The notes: a model not told the origin generated them from the letters alone. A stretch of 40,000 bases of DNA from Marinimicrobium locisalis (GCF_039822625.1 NZ_JBDLLG010000018.1:1-40000), one strand, 5' to 3'; positions 9,015 to 20,128 are shown, counted from the first letter of the stretch. Numbers and translations are program-made.

Positions 9015-11753
9015 CTATTGGCTAGCCAGGTTACGCAGTACGTAGTGCAGAATGCCCCCGTTCTGGAAGTAGGCGTACTCGTTGGGGGTATCGATCCGCA
9101 CCTTGGCGTTGAAGGTTTTAGATTTACCCTCCGGGTGCTTGGCCGTGACTTCGACCGTTTTGCTGTCTGCGTTCACCACGGGGATATCGAACTCTTCCTC
9201 ACCGGTAAGCCCCAGGGATTCCACCGAATCGCCCTCTTCAAACTGAAGCGGCAGGATGCCCATACCCACCAGGTTGGAGCGGTGAATCCGTTCGTAGCTT
9301 TCGGCGATCGCCGCGCGTATGCCCAGCAGGGCGGGCCCTTTCGCGGCCCAGTCGCGAGAGGAACCGGAGCCGTATTCTTTACCGGCCAACACCACCAGCG
9401 GTGTGCCGTCTTCACGGTAACGCTCGGCGGCATCGAAAATGCTGATGACCTCGTTCTTCGGCAAGTAGGTGGTCCAACTGCCTTCGGTACCGGGGGCCAT
9501 TTGGTTTTTGAGGCGCACATTGGCAAAGGTGCCGCGCATCATGACTTCGTGGTTACCCCGGCGCGAGCCGTAGGAGTTGAAATCGGTCGGCTTCACGCCC
9601 TGCTCTTGCAGGTAGCGCCCCGCCGGGCTATCCGGCATGATCGCGCCGGCCGGGGAAATGTGGTCCGTAGTGATACTGTCGCCCACTTTGACCAAGCAAC
9701 GCGCGCCTTCAATCGGTTTGATCTCGGGGGGCTCGGAGCCCATGCCGTCGAAGAAAGGCGGCTTGCGCACGTAGGTGGAATCCGGCCAGGCGTAGAGTTG
9801 GCTTTCTTCCACCGGCAGGGCCTGCCAGCTCTCGTCGCCGCTGAAGACATCGGAGTATTTGTCGGAAAACATTTCCGGCTCCATGAAGGACTCAATGGCC
9901 TTTTGGATGTCTTTGGTGGAAGGCCAGATGTCTTTCAGGTACACCGGTTTGTTGTCCGCGTCGTAACCCAGGGGCTCATTTTGGAGGTCGGCATCCATGG
10001 TGCCGGCCAGCGCATAGGCCACCACCAGCGGCGGCGAGGCCAGATAGTTGGCCCGCACATCGGGGTGAATTCGACCTTCGAAGTTTCGGTTACCGGAGAG
10101 GACCGATGTGACCGTCAAGTCGCCCTTGTGAATGCCTTCGCTGATTTCATCCGGCAGCGGCCCCGAGTTGCCGATGCAGGTGGTGCAGCCATAGCCCACC
10201 AGGTAGAAGCCAAGCCCTTCCAGCTCGTCCAGCAGGTCGGCTTTTTCCAGGTAGTCAGTCACCACCTTGGAGCCCGGTGCGAGGGAGGTCTTTACCCAGG
10301 GCTTGGTGCTCAGGCCTCGCTCGCGGGCGTTTTTGGCCAACAGGCCGGCGGCCATTAACACGGCCGGGTTGGAGGTGTTGGTACAGCTGGTAATGGCCGC
10401 GATCACTACCGCGCCATTCTTCAGCAAAAACTCTTCACCGTTGTATTTGACCGGGACGGCGCCTTGGTCGGCCAAGGGCACGCCGCCAACGGCCGCCGCA
10501 CCACCCTCGGCCGCAAAATCCTGCTCAGTGGAGGCGATGGTGTTGTGGTGGTGATGCCCGATTTCCTCCAGCACCTTATGGAAGGCGGGCTTGGCGTCAC
10601 GAAGCGCCACGCGATCCTGGGGCCTCTTGGGGCCGGCAATGGACGGTTCGACGGTGCTCAGATCCAGCTCTAGAACATCGCTGTATTCCGCATCCGGGCT
10701 GTTGTCGTCGTGCCACATGCCCATGGCTTTCATGTATTGCTCGACCAGTTCCACCTGCTCCTTCGAGCGGCCGGTGAAGGACAGGTAGTCCAGCGTCTGC
10801 TGGTCCACCGGGAAAATACCGCAGGTCGCGCCGTATTCGGGCGCCATGTTGCCGATGGTGGCCCGGTCCGCCAGGGTCAGGTGTTTGAGGCCGGGGCCGA
10901 AGAACTCGACGAACTTGCCTACCACACCCAGCTTGCGCAGCATTTGGGTCACGGTAAGCACCAAGTCGGTCGCGGTGGCGCCTTCGGGCAGCTTGCCGGT
11001 CATTTTGAAACCAACCACTTGGGGGATCAGCATAGAGATGGGCTGGCCCAGCATGGCCGCCTCGGCCTCGATGCCGCCCACGCCCCAACCCAGTACGCCC
11101 AGGCCGTTAATCATGGTGGTGTGGGAGTCGGTGCCCACTAGCGTGTCAGGGTAGGCTTCCAGCTGACCGTCTTTCTCCCGAGTAAAGACGCCGCGGGCGA
11201 GGTATTCGAGGTTAACCTGGTGGACAATACCGGTGCCCGGCGGCACCACCTTGAAGTTGTCAAAGGCTTTTTGACCCCAGCGCAGGAACTGATAGCGCTC
11301 GCGGTTGCGCTTGATTTCAATTTCGGTGTTCTTTTTGAACGAGTCATCCCCGCCGAAGTAGTCGACCATGACCGAGTGGTCAATGACCAGCTCCACCGGA
11401 GAGAGCGGGTTAATCTGTTCCGGTTTGCCTCCCAAGCTTTTAACCGCATCGCGCATGGCGGCCAGATCGACAATGGCCGGTACGCCGGTAAAGTCCTGCA
11501 GCACGACGCGGGCGGGTACGAAGGCGATTTCCTGGGAGGGCTGGGCTTTCGGGTCCCAGCTGGCCAGGGCCTCAATATCGGCATCGCTCACCAGCCCGGT
11601 GTCCGAGTGCCTCAGCAGGTTTTCCAGCAGTACTCGCAGTGAATAGGGAAGCTTTTGAACGTTGTAGCGCTTTTCGACTTCGCTGAAGGGATAATAACGA
11701 TAGTCTTTGCCCCCGACCTTGAGGGTGTCGGTGGTCCGGTAGGAATCAGCCAT
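9015..11753 (-). CDS. acnA: Aconitate hydratase A
   Basis: 912 aa with N-terminus [13 protein letters not shown]...[14 protein letters not shown]. Fe-S ligand context [10 protein letters not shown] and [10 protein letters not shown]. Confidence 0.95.
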   Translation of the reverse strand: MADSYRTTDTLKVGGKDYRYYPFSEVEKRYNVQKLPYSLRVLLENLLRHSDTGLVSDADIEALASWDPKAQPSQEIAFVPARVVLQDFTGVPAIVDLAAMRDAVKSLGGKPEQINPLSPVELVIDHSVMVDYFGGDDSFKKNTEIEIKRNRERYQFLRWGQKAFDNFKVVPPGTGIVHQVNLEYLARGVFTREKDGQLEAYPDTLVGTDSHTTMINGLGVLGWGVGGIEAEAAMLGQPISMLIPQVVGFKMTGKLPEGATATDLVLTVTQMLRKLGVVGKFVEFFGPGLKHLTLADRATIGNMAPEYGATCGIFPVDQQTLDYLSFTGRSKEQVELVEQYMKAMGMWHDDNSPDAEYSDVLELDLSTVEPSIAGPKRPQDRVALRDAKPAFHKVLEEIGHHHHNTIASTEQDFAAEGGAAAVGGVPLADQGAVPVKYNGEEFLLKNGAVVIAAITSCTNTSNPAVLMAAGLLAKNARERGLSTKPWVKTSLAPGSKVVTDYLEKADLLDELEGLGFYLVGYGCTTCIGNSGPLPDEISEGIHKGDLTVTSVLSGNRNFEGRIHPDVRANYLASPPLVVAYALAGTMDADLQNEPLGYDADNKPVYLKDIWPSTKDIQKAIESFMEPEMFSDKYSDVFSGDESWQALPVEESQLYAWPDSTYVRKPPFFDGMGSEPPEIKPIEGARCLVKVGDSITTDHISPAGAIMPDSPAGRYLQEQGVKPTDFNSYGSRRGNHEVMMRGTFANVRLKNQMAPGTEGSWTTYLPKNEVISIFDAAERYREDGTPLVVLAGKEYGSGSSRDWAAKGPALLGIRAAIAESYERIHRSNLVGMGILPLQFEEGDSVESLGLTGEEEFDIPVVNADSKTVEVTAKHPEGKSKTFNAKVRIDTPNEYAYFQNGGILHYVLRNLASQ

Positions 11754-12019
11754 AACTGCCTCACGGGTTGCTTTGAAGTTAATCCATCATATCTTTAGAG
11801 ATTAGGCCACGCGGCCCTTCACCGCCAGCGGCCTATCCGGATAGGCAGGCACTGGCGGTGTAAATGCGCTTCTTTTTAAGGATATGGGGGCTTATGTTGT
11901 TAATCCAAGCCCAGAAGGCTCTCACAAGAGAACCGCAAGAGAACCAAGAGACCCATTCATTGCGAATCAGTTCATTGCTGGAGTGCGGCCAATCAACGCT
12001 TGAGCACAGGAGGTAACCT

Positions 12020-12721
12020 ATGAGCCAACCACCGATTTTCCGCCGCTGGCCCCCACGGGAGCGGGGAATTATCCAGCTCTACTCCATGAATACGCCCAAC
12101 GGCATCAAAGTGGCCCAGGCGCTGGAGGAGATGCATTTGCCGTACGAGCCCCATACGGTCGATATCACAAAGGGTGACCAACATACGCCCGAGTTTCTCT
12201 GGATCAACCCCAACGGCAAAATCCCGGCCCTCTACGACCCGGAGGGCCCCGATGGGCGGCCCATCAGTTTGATGGAGTCGGCAGCGATTCTGACCTATTT
12301 GGCCGAGAAAACCGGCGAACTTGCCCCGGTGGACCCGGATGGCAAAAGTGCCTGTCTGCAGTGGCTGTTCTTTCAGATGGGGCATATAGGCCCAATGTTC
12401 GGGCAGTTCGGGCACTTTTACGTGTACGCGGTGGATAAGTGCGACCACCCCTACCCCGTCCAACGTTATGCCGATGAAACCCGCCGGCTGTTGGGCGTGT
12501 TGGAGCGGCATTTGACCAACCGGGACTACATGCTGGGGGAAAGTTTCAGTATTGCCGATATGGCCATCGCCCCCTGGGTGGACTGCCTGGAGCGGTTCTA
12601 CGACGCCCGGGAGATGCTAAAGCTGTGGGAGTTCCCCGCCGTGAATGGGTGGCTGGAGCGCTGCACGAGACGCCCCAGCTACGCGGTGGCCCTTGAGGTC
12701 TGTGACCCCAAGCGACGCTAA
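12020..12721 (+). CDS. Glutathione S-transferase family protein (Nu-class, YfcG/YghU-like)
   Basis: Strong SD (AGGAGG) before the ATG. IQLYSMNTPNGIKV...INPNGKIPAL...ESAAILTYLAEK is the thioredoxin-like GST N-domain pattern of Nu-class enzymes. Confidence 0.8.
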   Translation: MSQPPIFRRWPPRERGIIQLYSMNTPNGIKVAQALEEMHLPYEPHTVDITKGDQHTPEFLWINPNGKIPALYDPEGPDGRPISLMESAAILTYLAEKTGELAPVDPDGKSACLQWLFFQMGHIGPMFGQFGHFYVYAVDKCDHPYPVQRYADETRRLLGVLERHLTNRDYMLGESFSIADMAIAPWVDCLERFYDAREMLKLWEFPAVNGWLERCTRRPSYAVALEVCDPKRR

Positions 12722-12728
12722 CCCTCGG

Positions 12729-13490
12729 CTAGAACTTGTACACCAGGTTGGCGTAAGTGGTGGTGTCGGTATTCTCTTTCTCCGGCCCCACCTCGCTGTC
12801 GTGCTGAATGGTGTAGCCCACTTTCATTTGCATGGAGCCGTTGATTTGCAGTGCCAAGGATGTGTCGGACACGGTGCGAGTGTTCTCGTCGCTGGATTCC
12901 ATGCTGAGTGTTTGTTTGAAGTCCGCCGTGGGTGAGACCTGCCAATCGAACTGAGCGGCCGCGCGCACCAAGGCCCCACTTTCGTCGACAACGCCGTCTT
13001 CGGTATCTTGCTCCGCCCAGTAGTAACCAGGACCAAGCTCTGCATCCAGCTGCATGGTGTCGGTTTCAAACAGGCGGTTCCCGTAACCCAGGGCGAGCGT
13101 CGTATACTTCTTGTACGCCCCAAACTCGTCATCGGTGTGGGAGCCAAAGACAAACAGGTTGGCGTTTTCGCGATTGATTTTATAGGCGCTTTTCACCGAG
13201 CCGGAGAACTTTTCCGCCGTAGTCTCCGTGGCCACCGAGCCATCGGGCTGGGCAACCTCATCCTCGGAATAAAGGATGTTGAGGGTGTACTGGTTCTTCC
13301 AGCGCTCAAGGTCCTGCGCCGCGTCCAGCTTGCCGTTAAAAGTGGTGCTTTCGGTGTTACCGGAGGTGGCAATGGCCCCAATTTCCGCCGAGGCCTTCCA
13401 GGTACGTTTCTCTTCGTCTTGCGCCATAACCGCTGGCGCCGCGCTCAAGGCCATCACTGAAGCGGCGATGGTCGTCAGTTTTGCCTTCAT
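12729..13490 (-). CDS. DUF481 (YdiY-like) outer-membrane beta-barrel protein
   Basis: Signal peptide MKAKLTTIAASVMALSAAPAVMAQ. Alternating beta-strand pattern with a C-terminal ...YANLVYKF aromatic terminus. SGNTES motif as in DUF481. I chose the start at M16 of the track ORF. Confidence 0.7.
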   Translation of the reverse strand: MKAKLTTIAASVMALSAAPAVMAQDEEKRTWKASAEIGAIATSGNTESTTFNGKLDAAQDLERWKNQYTLNILYSEDEVAQPDGSVATETTAEKFSGSVKSAYKINRENANLFVFGSHTDDEFGAYKKYTTLALGYGNRLFETDTMQLDAELGPGYYWAEQDTEDGVVDESGALVRAAAQFDWQVSPTADFKQTLSMESSDENTRTVSDTSLALQINGSMQMKVGYTIQHDSEVGPEKENTDTTTYANLVYKF

Positions 13491-13659
13491 AAACTCAATC
13501 CTTACTGCGTCGACAAAAGCCGATAGTCTACACAATTGCTTTTGCTTTTTCGCCCGGAGGCGATTTTCCGGGCCTGTGGAAAAAGTGGTACAATGCTCGT
13601 TTAGAGAGTTTTGCTTTTAAAGCCTCAATTCAAGCCCTCAGAGTTCAATCAAGGCCCCT

Positions 13660-14688
13660 ATGACGCCAATTTCCCGGCACAGTTCTGCCATTTCCGCCAT
13701 CAGCCGACGCTTCTGCGCCGCTCCGATGATGGACTGGTCGGACCGCCATTGCCGGTATTTCTGGCGCCTGCTCAGCCGTAATACGCTGCTCTACACCGAA
13801 ATGGTCACCACCGGCGCTCTGATCCATGGGGACCGGGCCCGACATCTGGACTACAATGCCGCGGAACACCCCCTGGCGCTTCAGCTCGGCGGCAGTAACC
13901 CCGCCGAGCTGGCCGAATGTGCCCGCATGGCGGAAGACTGGGGCTACGATGAGGTCAACCTAAACTGCGGGTGCCCCAGTGACCGGGTGCAGAACAACAT
14001 GATCGGCGCTTGCCTGATGCATGAGCCGGCGCTAGTAGCCGAGTGCATTGATGCCATGCAGCAGGCTGTGTCCATCCCGGTAACAGTCAAACATCGAATC
14101 GGTGTGGACGATATGGACGCCTACGAAGGGCTATCCCACTTCGTCGAGACCATTGCCCAAACCGGATGTCGCACCTTTATCGTGCACGCCCGCAAGGCCT
14201 GGCTCCAAGGCCTGAGCCCGAAACAGAATCGCAATGTACCGCCCCTTGATTACGGGCGGGTGAAGCTCCTTAAGCAAGAGCACCCAGACCTTGAAATCGT
14301 GATTAATGGCGGCATAAACACCCTTGAGCAAGCGCAAACGTTGCTGACCGACCTGGACGGCGTTATGCTGGGGCGGGAAATCTACACCAACCCCTACCTG
14401 TTGGCGGAGGTTGACCAGCAGCTGTTTGGAGACTCACGCCCCGTGGCGTCCCGCGCCGACATACTGGACGCTTTCAGCGACTATATTGGAACCGAGCTGG
14501 CCCGTGGCGTGTCTCTGAAGTATATGACCCGACATATCCTGGGCCTGTATCAGGGCCAGCCCGGCGGGCGTCAGTTCCGCCGAGTGATCAGCGAAGAAGC
14601 CTACAAACCCGATGCCGGGCTGGAGGTGCTTGAACGCGCCAGAGCCCGGGTCGAGGTCGAGCGTCAACCCGCTTCATTGGCGGGATAG
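13660..14688 (+). CDS. dusA: tRNA-dihydrouridine synthase A
   Basis: RFCAAPMMDWSDRHCRYFWRLLS and NLNCGCPSDRVQ are close to the canonical DusA sequence. Confidence 0.9.
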   Translation: MTPISRHSSAISAISRRFCAAPMMDWSDRHCRYFWRLLSRNTLLYTEMVTTGALIHGDRARHLDYNAAEHPLALQLGGSNPAELAECARMAEDWGYDEVNLNCGCPSDRVQNNMIGACLMHEPALVAECIDAMQQAVSIPVTVKHRIGVDDMDAYEGLSHFVETIAQTGCRTFIVHARKAWLQGLSPKQNRNVPPLDYGRVKLLKQEHPDLEIVINGGINTLEQAQTLLTDLDGVMLGREIYTNPYLLAEVDQQLFGDSRPVASRADILDAFSDYIGTELARGVSLKYMTRHILGLYQGQPGGRQFRRVISEEAYKPDAGLEVLERARARVEVERQPASLAG

Positions 14689-14918
14689 AAAAGCCCGAGG
14701 GAGCCCTCACAGGACCTCAACGAAAAAAGGGCTGTGGCGACCAGCGGTGACAGGGCTGGCGCCAGGAGAGACAAAAAGCAAAACTTCAAGCGGGAAGCTA
14801 TTTGTAATACAATATGGACTATACACGAACGCACAACAGGCCGACGCCCGTGCCTTATCAAGGCGACGACCGGCCATTTGACATTCATCCAATACGTTAA
14901 CGATAGGACGGGATAACA

Positions 14919-15878
14919 GTGACTACGAAACTCGAACAGCTGAAGAAAATGACCGATGTGGTCGCCGACACCGGCGAAATCGAGGCGATCAAAAAGTACA
15001 AGCCTCAAGATGCGACCACCAACCCCTCTCTGCTGCTCAAAGCGGCCCAGATCCCCGAGTACTCTGAGTTGGTAGACGCTTCCGTGGCGGCCGGCAAAAA
15101 AGAAGGCGGCAGCGACGCTCAGCAAATCAGCTACGCCGCCGACCACTTGGCCGTGGCCATTGGTAGCGAAGTACTGAAACTGATTCCGGGCAAGGTCTCC
15201 ACCGAAGTGGACGCCCGCTTGTCTTTCGACACCAAGGGCAGCATTGAGAAGGCACACCACCTGATCGACCTGTATGAGAAAAACGGCGTTGACCGCTCCA
15301 AGGTCCTGATCAAACTGGCCTCCACCTGGGAAGGCATTCGTGCCGCCGAGGTTCTGCAAAAAGAAGGCATCAACTGTAACCTGACGCTGTTGTTCAGCTT
15401 CACCCAGGCCGCGGCGTGTGCCGATGCCGGTGCCTACCTGATTTCACCCTTTGTGGGCCGGATTCTGGACTGGTACAAGAAAAACACCGACAAGACAGAA
15501 TACACCGCCGAAGAAGATCCGGGTGTGGTATCGGTTCGTCACATCTACAACTACTTCAAGCAGCACAACTACGACACCGTCGTGATGGGCGCAAGCTTCC
15601 GTAACTCCGGCGAAATCGAAGCCCTGGCCGGCTGCGACCGTTTGACCATCAGCCCCGCGCTGCTGGAAGAGCTGAGCAATGACAGCGGCACTCTGGAGCA
15701 GAAACTGTTTGCCGACCAGGCCGGCGGCGAAACCATCGCCAAGCCCAACGACAACGAGTCCAGCTTCCGCTTCGCGCTGAACGACAACGCCATGGCCACC
15801 GAAAAGCTGGCCGAAGGCATTCGCAAGTTCGCCGAAGACCAGATCAAGCTGGAAGACGTACTTAAAGGGCGTGCGTAA
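14919..15878 (+). CDS. tal: Transaldolase (TalB type)
   Basis: GTG start. [35 protein letters not shown] and the active-site region [11 protein letters not shown] match classical transaldolase B. Confidence 0.95.
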   Translation: MTTKLEQLKKMTDVVADTGEIEAIKKYKPQDATTNPSLLLKAAQIPEYSELVDASVAAGKKEGGSDAQQISYAADHLAVAIGSEVLKLIPGKVSTEVDARLSFDTKGSIEKAHHLIDLYEKNGVDRSKVLIKLASTWEGIRAAEVLQKEGINCNLTLLFSFTQAAACADAGAYLISPFVGRILDWYKKNTDKTEYTAEEDPGVVSVRHIYNYFKQHNYDTVVMGASFRNSGEIEALAGCDRLTISPALLEELSNDSGTLEQKLFADQAGGETIAKPNDNESSFRFALNDNAMATEKLAEGIRKFAEDQIKLEDVLKGRA

Positions 15879-15883
15879 ACGCT

Positions 15884-16342
15884 GTGCTGAGTAAAATTAC
15901 ACAGTTCATCGAGCAGCATCTGCAGCCGGAAGAGAACGCGCCAGCGTTGTCTTCCGAGCAGAAGCAGTTGGCGGTGGCCGCCCTTTTGATTGAGGTGGGC
16001 ACCGCTGATCGGCTGCTGGATGAGACGGAGCTGCAGACCCTGCGCACCATCCTCCAGCGTAAGTTCAACTTGGAGCCCGAGAAGCTCAATGAGCTGAGCG
16101 CGCTTGCCAAAGCTGAACAGGATGATGCCACCTCGTTGCACCAGTTCACCTCCCAGATAAACGACGCTTGCACCCAGGACGAAAAGTACGACCTGATCAA
16201 GTCCATGTGGGAAGTGGCTTATGCCGACAACGAGCTGGATAAATACGAAGAGGCGCTGATCCGCCAAGTGGCGGAGCTTATTCACGTCTCCCACTCCATG
16301 TTTATTCACGCCCGCAACACAGTACGCGACGCGCAGAGCTGA
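15884..16342 (+). CDS. TerB-family (tellurite-resistance-like) small protein
   Basis: 152 aa, helical and acidic. ...LLIEVGTADRLLDETE... and ...MWEVAYADNELDKYEEALIRQVAELI resemble the duplicated TerB-like motif. This is a family-level call only. Confidence 0.55.
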   Translation: MLSKITQFIEQHLQPEENAPALSSEQKQLAVAALLIEVGTADRLLDETELQTLRTILQRKFNLEPEKLNELSALAKAEQDDATSLHQFTSQINDACTQDEKYDLIKSMWEVAYADNELDKYEEALIRQVAELIHVSHSMFIHARNTVRDAQS

Positions 16343-16360
16343 CGCGGCGAGTTACAACAG

Positions 16361-16403
16361 CACACAAAAAGGCGAGCCACACAGGGCTCGCCTTTTTTGT
16401 GTG
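16361..16403. terminator. Bidirectional rho-independent terminator
   Basis: cacacAAAAAGGCGAGCC-acacag-GGCTCGCCTTTTTTgtgtg. It sits between the convergent TerB-like and GPH transporter genes. Confidence 0.8.
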
Positions 16404-16475
16404 CTGAACGAAAACGCGGTAGCGTTTCACTCAGCCACAGGGGCCGGGCCAGAGGCCCGCCCACCCGCGTCGACT

Positions 16476-17933
16476 TTATAACAACGTATCCTGGTTTGGT
16501 CGGTCAGTCCCTTCCGCCGCACGGCGCTCCTTAAGCTTCTCTTCGATATCGTTCATCGTTTTATTGTTGAGCGGATAGACCACCATACAGGCCACGCACA
16601 GAACGCCGAAGAAGGCGGGAATAAAGCTCATTAGCGTCAATATGCCCTGGGTCGCTTCAGCGGTCTGCTCTACGTTGGCCTCAAACCCGTAATAGCTGAG
16701 CGCCCAACCGGTCACGCCGCCGCCAATGGCCAACCCCAATTTGATCGCAAACAGGGAAATGGCCATAAGCAGCCCAGTGGCCCGACGGTGGTTTTTCCAT
16801 TCACCGTAGTCGGCGGCGTCCGTGTACATGGCCCACTGGAGCACAGAGACCGGCCCCCAGACAAAGCTGACCACCAGGTTGGTCAGGAAAATCGGGACAA
16901 TACTCTCGGGCGGCAAATAGAAGAAAAGCAGCGAAAGCACTGAGCTGATCGCCATACAGCCGACGTAGGTGAGCTTCTTGTCAAACACTCTAGCCATTTT
17001 TTTGGTCAACAATACGCCGAGAATGGTAGCGGCGCTGCCCAGCCCCAAAAACAAGGAGTTCAGGGTTGTCATTGTCGGCTCAAACGTCATTCCCAACAAA
17101 TGGACCGGCTGCTCGCCGATGTAGTAGCGGAAGTAATAGGCGATGGCCGAACTGCGAACCACAATAAAAATCAGCTGAAAAACCGTCGCCGCCGCGATCA
17201 TCACCCAGGCGACGTTGGTAAAAAGGTCTTTTAAGTGAAGAGTCGTCTTTTCCCTGTGCTGGGGCGGGGCGATGCGTTCCTTGGATGACACAAAGGTGAT
17301 AAATAACAAGCCCACCGCCAGAAGCCCGAAAACGCCCATGGTGAGCTGCCAGCCCAGCTCGTCGTTGCCCTGCCCCAGGCCGGCGACCAAGTACAAGGTG
17401 CCGAACTGAATAATCAGGCCACCGACAAAAGTGCCCACGAAACGGAAAGACGACAGCTCCACCCGCTCCATGGAGTTCGGTGTAATAACCGCCATCAATG
17501 ATGAATAGGGCACGTTCACCAAGGTATAGAAAACCATTAAGCCGTTGTAGGTAATGTACGCATACACTAGCTTGCCGGTGTCATCGAACATATCCGGTGT
17601 GGTGAACGCAAGCACGCCCATCACGGCCATGGGTACCGCAAAGAAAAAGACGAAAGGCCTGAACTTACCCCAGCGGGTGTTCGCCCGGTCCGCCAATGCG
17701 CCGATAATCGGGTCGGTAATCGCGTCAAATAGACGGGAGACGAACAACATTGTGCCCACGACGGCGGCCGACAAGCCAAACACGTCGGTGTAGAACACCA
17801 TGGTGAAGTATAGGAAGGTCTGAAAATACAGGTTAGACGCGGTATCCCCCACGCCATACCCCACTTTCTCCCAAAACTTTAGCTTGACCGGTGTGGGCTC
17901 TTTATTAGCGGGCGCGGCCGTTGAGTTTTCCAT
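16476..17933 (-). CDS. MFS transporter, glycoside-pentoside-hexuronide (GPH):cation symporter family
   Basis: About 12 TM segments. N-terminal EKVGYGVGDTASNLYFQT, then DAITDPIIGALADRANTRWGKFRPF and the later WKNHRRATG motif, all typical of MelB/YicJ-type GPH carriers. Confidence 0.8.
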   Translation of the reverse strand: MENSTAAPANKEPTPVKLKFWEKVGYGVGDTASNLYFQTFLYFTMVFYTDVFGLSAAVVGTMLFVSRLFDAITDPIIGALADRANTRWGKFRPFVFFFAVPMAVMGVLAFTTPDMFDDTGKLVYAYITYNGLMVFYTLVNVPYSSLMAVITPNSMERVELSSFRFVGTFVGGLIIQFGTLYLVAGLGQGNDELGWQLTMGVFGLLAVGLLFITFVSSKERIAPPQHREKTTLHLKDLFTNVAWVMIAAATVFQLIFIVVRSSAIAYYFRYYIGEQPVHLLGMTFEPTMTTLNSLFLGLGSAATILGVLLTKKMARVFDKKLTYVGCMAISSVLSLLFFYLPPESIVPIFLTNLVVSFVWGPVSVLQWAMYTDAADYGEWKNHRRATGLLMAISLFAIKLGLAIGGGVTGWALSYYGFEANVEQTAEATQGILTLMSFIPAFFGVLCVACMVVYPLNNKTMNDIEEKLKERRAAEGTDRPNQDTLL

Positions 17934-18396
17934 AGTTCCCTGCCTTAATCGGTTGAAGAAAACGCTGTCCTCATCGGCCCTCTTGGGGGACGCACGTCGA
18001 GGTGAACGAACGGGCAGCCGGAGGTACGGGGCGTGGAGTCAGGCCCCAAAAGCCGCCAATGGTAGCAAGTGGGGCCCCCAGCGGCAATTAGGGCCCCCGC
18101 GGCAGTAAAGGGCCTTGAATGACCTCAGCTGGAATCTGGAATTAAGTGACTCCAGGCGGCCCGAGGGCGTGGGCTGCCCGGTAAAATACCGTTAGGCGAG
18201 CGAATTTGGTTTGCTGGCGGCCGAATAATCGGTTTATACTGCCGAGCTTATAGTAATATTAACTATATATGAGGGTTCGGCCGCCCGGCTGAGCCGTACG
18301 GGGCCATATCCGCTACACTCTGGCCTCTAGCAATGGCGCGAGAGGGGCCCAAAAGCCACCTCTGATGTTAACGACATACAATAAGACTCGAGCACT

Positions 18397-19881
18397 ATGA
18401 ATAATCAATCACAGATTCTCACGGTCAAAGAGAAGGTCGGCTACAGCCTGGGTGACCTGGCGGCTAACCTCGTATTTCAGACCATGGTGACCTTCATCGC
18501 CTACTACTACACGGACGTGTACAAGCTGGAAGCCAGCACGGCCCAGTGGGTGATTGCGACCTGTGGCATTATCGGCGGGGTGTTGTTCGCCCCCGTTATG
18601 GGCGTGATCGCGGACCGCACCCGCACCCGCTGGGGTCGCTACCGGCCCTGGATTCTATGGACGTCCGTTCCTTTCGGCGTCATGGTGCTGCTGACTTTCA
18701 CCACACCGGATGTCAGTTATGAAATGAAAGTGGTCTACGCCTTTGCAACCTACCTGGCGCTGGTCACCCTCTATACGGCCAACAACCTGCCCTACTCCTC
18801 GCTCAGCGGCGTACTGACGGGCAACATGTCCCAGCGCAACAGCCTCTCCGCCTACCGGTTTGTGGCCGTGATGGTGGCGCAGTTTGTGGTTCAGGTGTTG
18901 TTGCGGCCCGTGGTTCTGATTCTGGGTGATGGCGACGAAGCGGTTGGTTTCGAGAAGATCATGATGATCTTTGCCATCGTGGGTGTCATTTTCTTCTTAA
19001 TCACCTTTTTCACCACCCGTGAAAGGGTGATGGAGAAGCCCAACGAGACCAGCTCGATTGCCCAAGACGCGGGCGACCTGATGCGGAACCTCCCCTGGAT
19101 TATTCTGCTGTTTGTAACGGTACTGGTCTTTACCAACCTGGCACTCAAGGGCGGCACCTACGTTTATTACTTTAAGTATTACGCCGGTCAGGCCGCTTTG
19201 GCGGAATTCCTGAGTGATATTGGTTTTACCGGAATGATCGCCGGTATTCAGGAAATTTGGCCGAACTTTAAATGGCCCGAAGAGCCGGACGCCTCCGCCT
19301 TTGGCCTGTTTAACGGCGCGGGCATTATTTTGATGATCGTGGGCATTGGGTTCGCCCGGCCGCTTGCCGACCGTTTTGGTAAGCGCAACGTCTACGGGCT
19401 CGGGCTGTTTCTCTCAACCCTGCCGCTGCTCGCGTTCATGATCATTCCAAGGGATGCCATCGGCTGGATGTTCGTCTCCCAGATTCTGCACGGCTTCTTC
19501 TACGGCATCACCATTCCGCTGCTGTGGGCCATGACGGCGGATGTAGCGGACTATTCCGAATGGCGCAACCACCGCCGGGCCACCGGGGTTATCTTCTCGG
19601 CCATGATCCTGGGGCTGAAAGGCGGCCTCACCCTCGGGGGAACGCTGGTCGTGGCCATTTTGGCCGCCTATGGCTACGAGGCCGGCCAAGCCGAGCAGAG
19701 TGATGAGTCTATCCTCGGTATCCGGCTCATGATGAGCCTTTATGCGTCAATCCCCTTCCTGATCGCCTGCGGCTTGCTGTTCTTCTATCGGATTAACAAG
19801 CCAGTGGAAAATCAAATTGAGAAAGAGCTGGGTGACCGTCGTAACCAGCCGATGCCGGAACCGGACGAGCCCACCGTGTAA
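18397..19881 (+). CDS. MFS transporter, GPH:cation symporter family (paralogue of 16476-17933)
   Basis: The same motifs are present: EKVGYSLGDLAANLVFQT, GVIADRTRTRWGRYRPW, WRNHRRATG. Confidence 0.8.
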   Translation: MNNQSQILTVKEKVGYSLGDLAANLVFQTMVTFIAYYYTDVYKLEASTAQWVIATCGIIGGVLFAPVMGVIADRTRTRWGRYRPWILWTSVPFGVMVLLTFTTPDVSYEMKVVYAFATYLALVTLYTANNLPYSSLSGVLTGNMSQRNSLSAYRFVAVMVAQFVVQVLLRPVVLILGDGDEAVGFEKIMMIFAIVGVIFFLITFFTTRERVMEKPNETSSIAQDAGDLMRNLPWIILLFVTVLVFTNLALKGGTYVYYFKYYAGQAALAEFLSDIGFTGMIAGIQEIWPNFKWPEEPDASAFGLFNGAGIILMIVGIGFARPLADRFGKRNVYGLGLFLSTLPLLAFMIIPRDAIGWMFVSQILHGFFYGITIPLLWAMTADVADYSEWRNHRRATGVIFSAMILGLKGGLTLGGTLVVAILAAYGYEAGQAEQSDESILGIRLMMSLYASIPFLIACGLLFFYRINKPVENQIEKELGDRRNQPMPEPDEPTV

Positions 19882-19928
19882 ACGGGGCGTAGCTCCAGAG
19901 GGGGTTGAACCCTCCTCCCGACAAAAAA

Positions 19929-19958
19929 GGCGAGCCACCCCGGTGGCTCGCCTTTTTT
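19929..19958. terminator. Rho-independent terminator (palindrome with flanking A- and T-runs)
   Basis: acAAAAAAGGCGAGCCAC-cccg-GTGGCTCGCCTTTTTTgtg, about 40 nt after the transporter stop. Confidence 0.8.
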
Positions 19959-20128
19959 GTGCCCCGCCCTGTCGGCCAGCGACGACTTGGCCGGCCCCAC
20001 CGGCTGCACCCTATATTGCCGCCCGGGCCGGCAGTTGCTACCATTAGCGGCTTTCGGGGCCGGCTCCCAGCCCCATTGCCGGCACGTCCAACCTTTACCG
20101 TTCGCACAACCTCGACACGAGCCATTCT

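Noticed and set aside
9000-10358. 452-aa plus-strand ORF, plus several 60-160-aa ORFs across 9.0-11.7 kb
   Set aside because: They are antisense or out of frame within acnA, whose identity is unambiguous. This is a GC-rich codon-bias artefact.
11993-12511. 172-aa minus-strand ORF
   Set aside because: It is antisense to the GST gene, which has a strong SD and clear family motifs.
14664-16309. 231-aa and 246-aa minus-strand ORFs (14664-15359, 15569-16309)
   Set aside because: They are antisense to tal and the TerB-like gene. No RBS and no motifs.
19961-20128. Possible glycine riboswitch upstream of gcvP
   Set aside because: I looked for the conserved GGAGAG...CACCGAAGGGGCAA / CTCTGGAGAG...ACCGAAGG cores and found none in the 170-nt leader.
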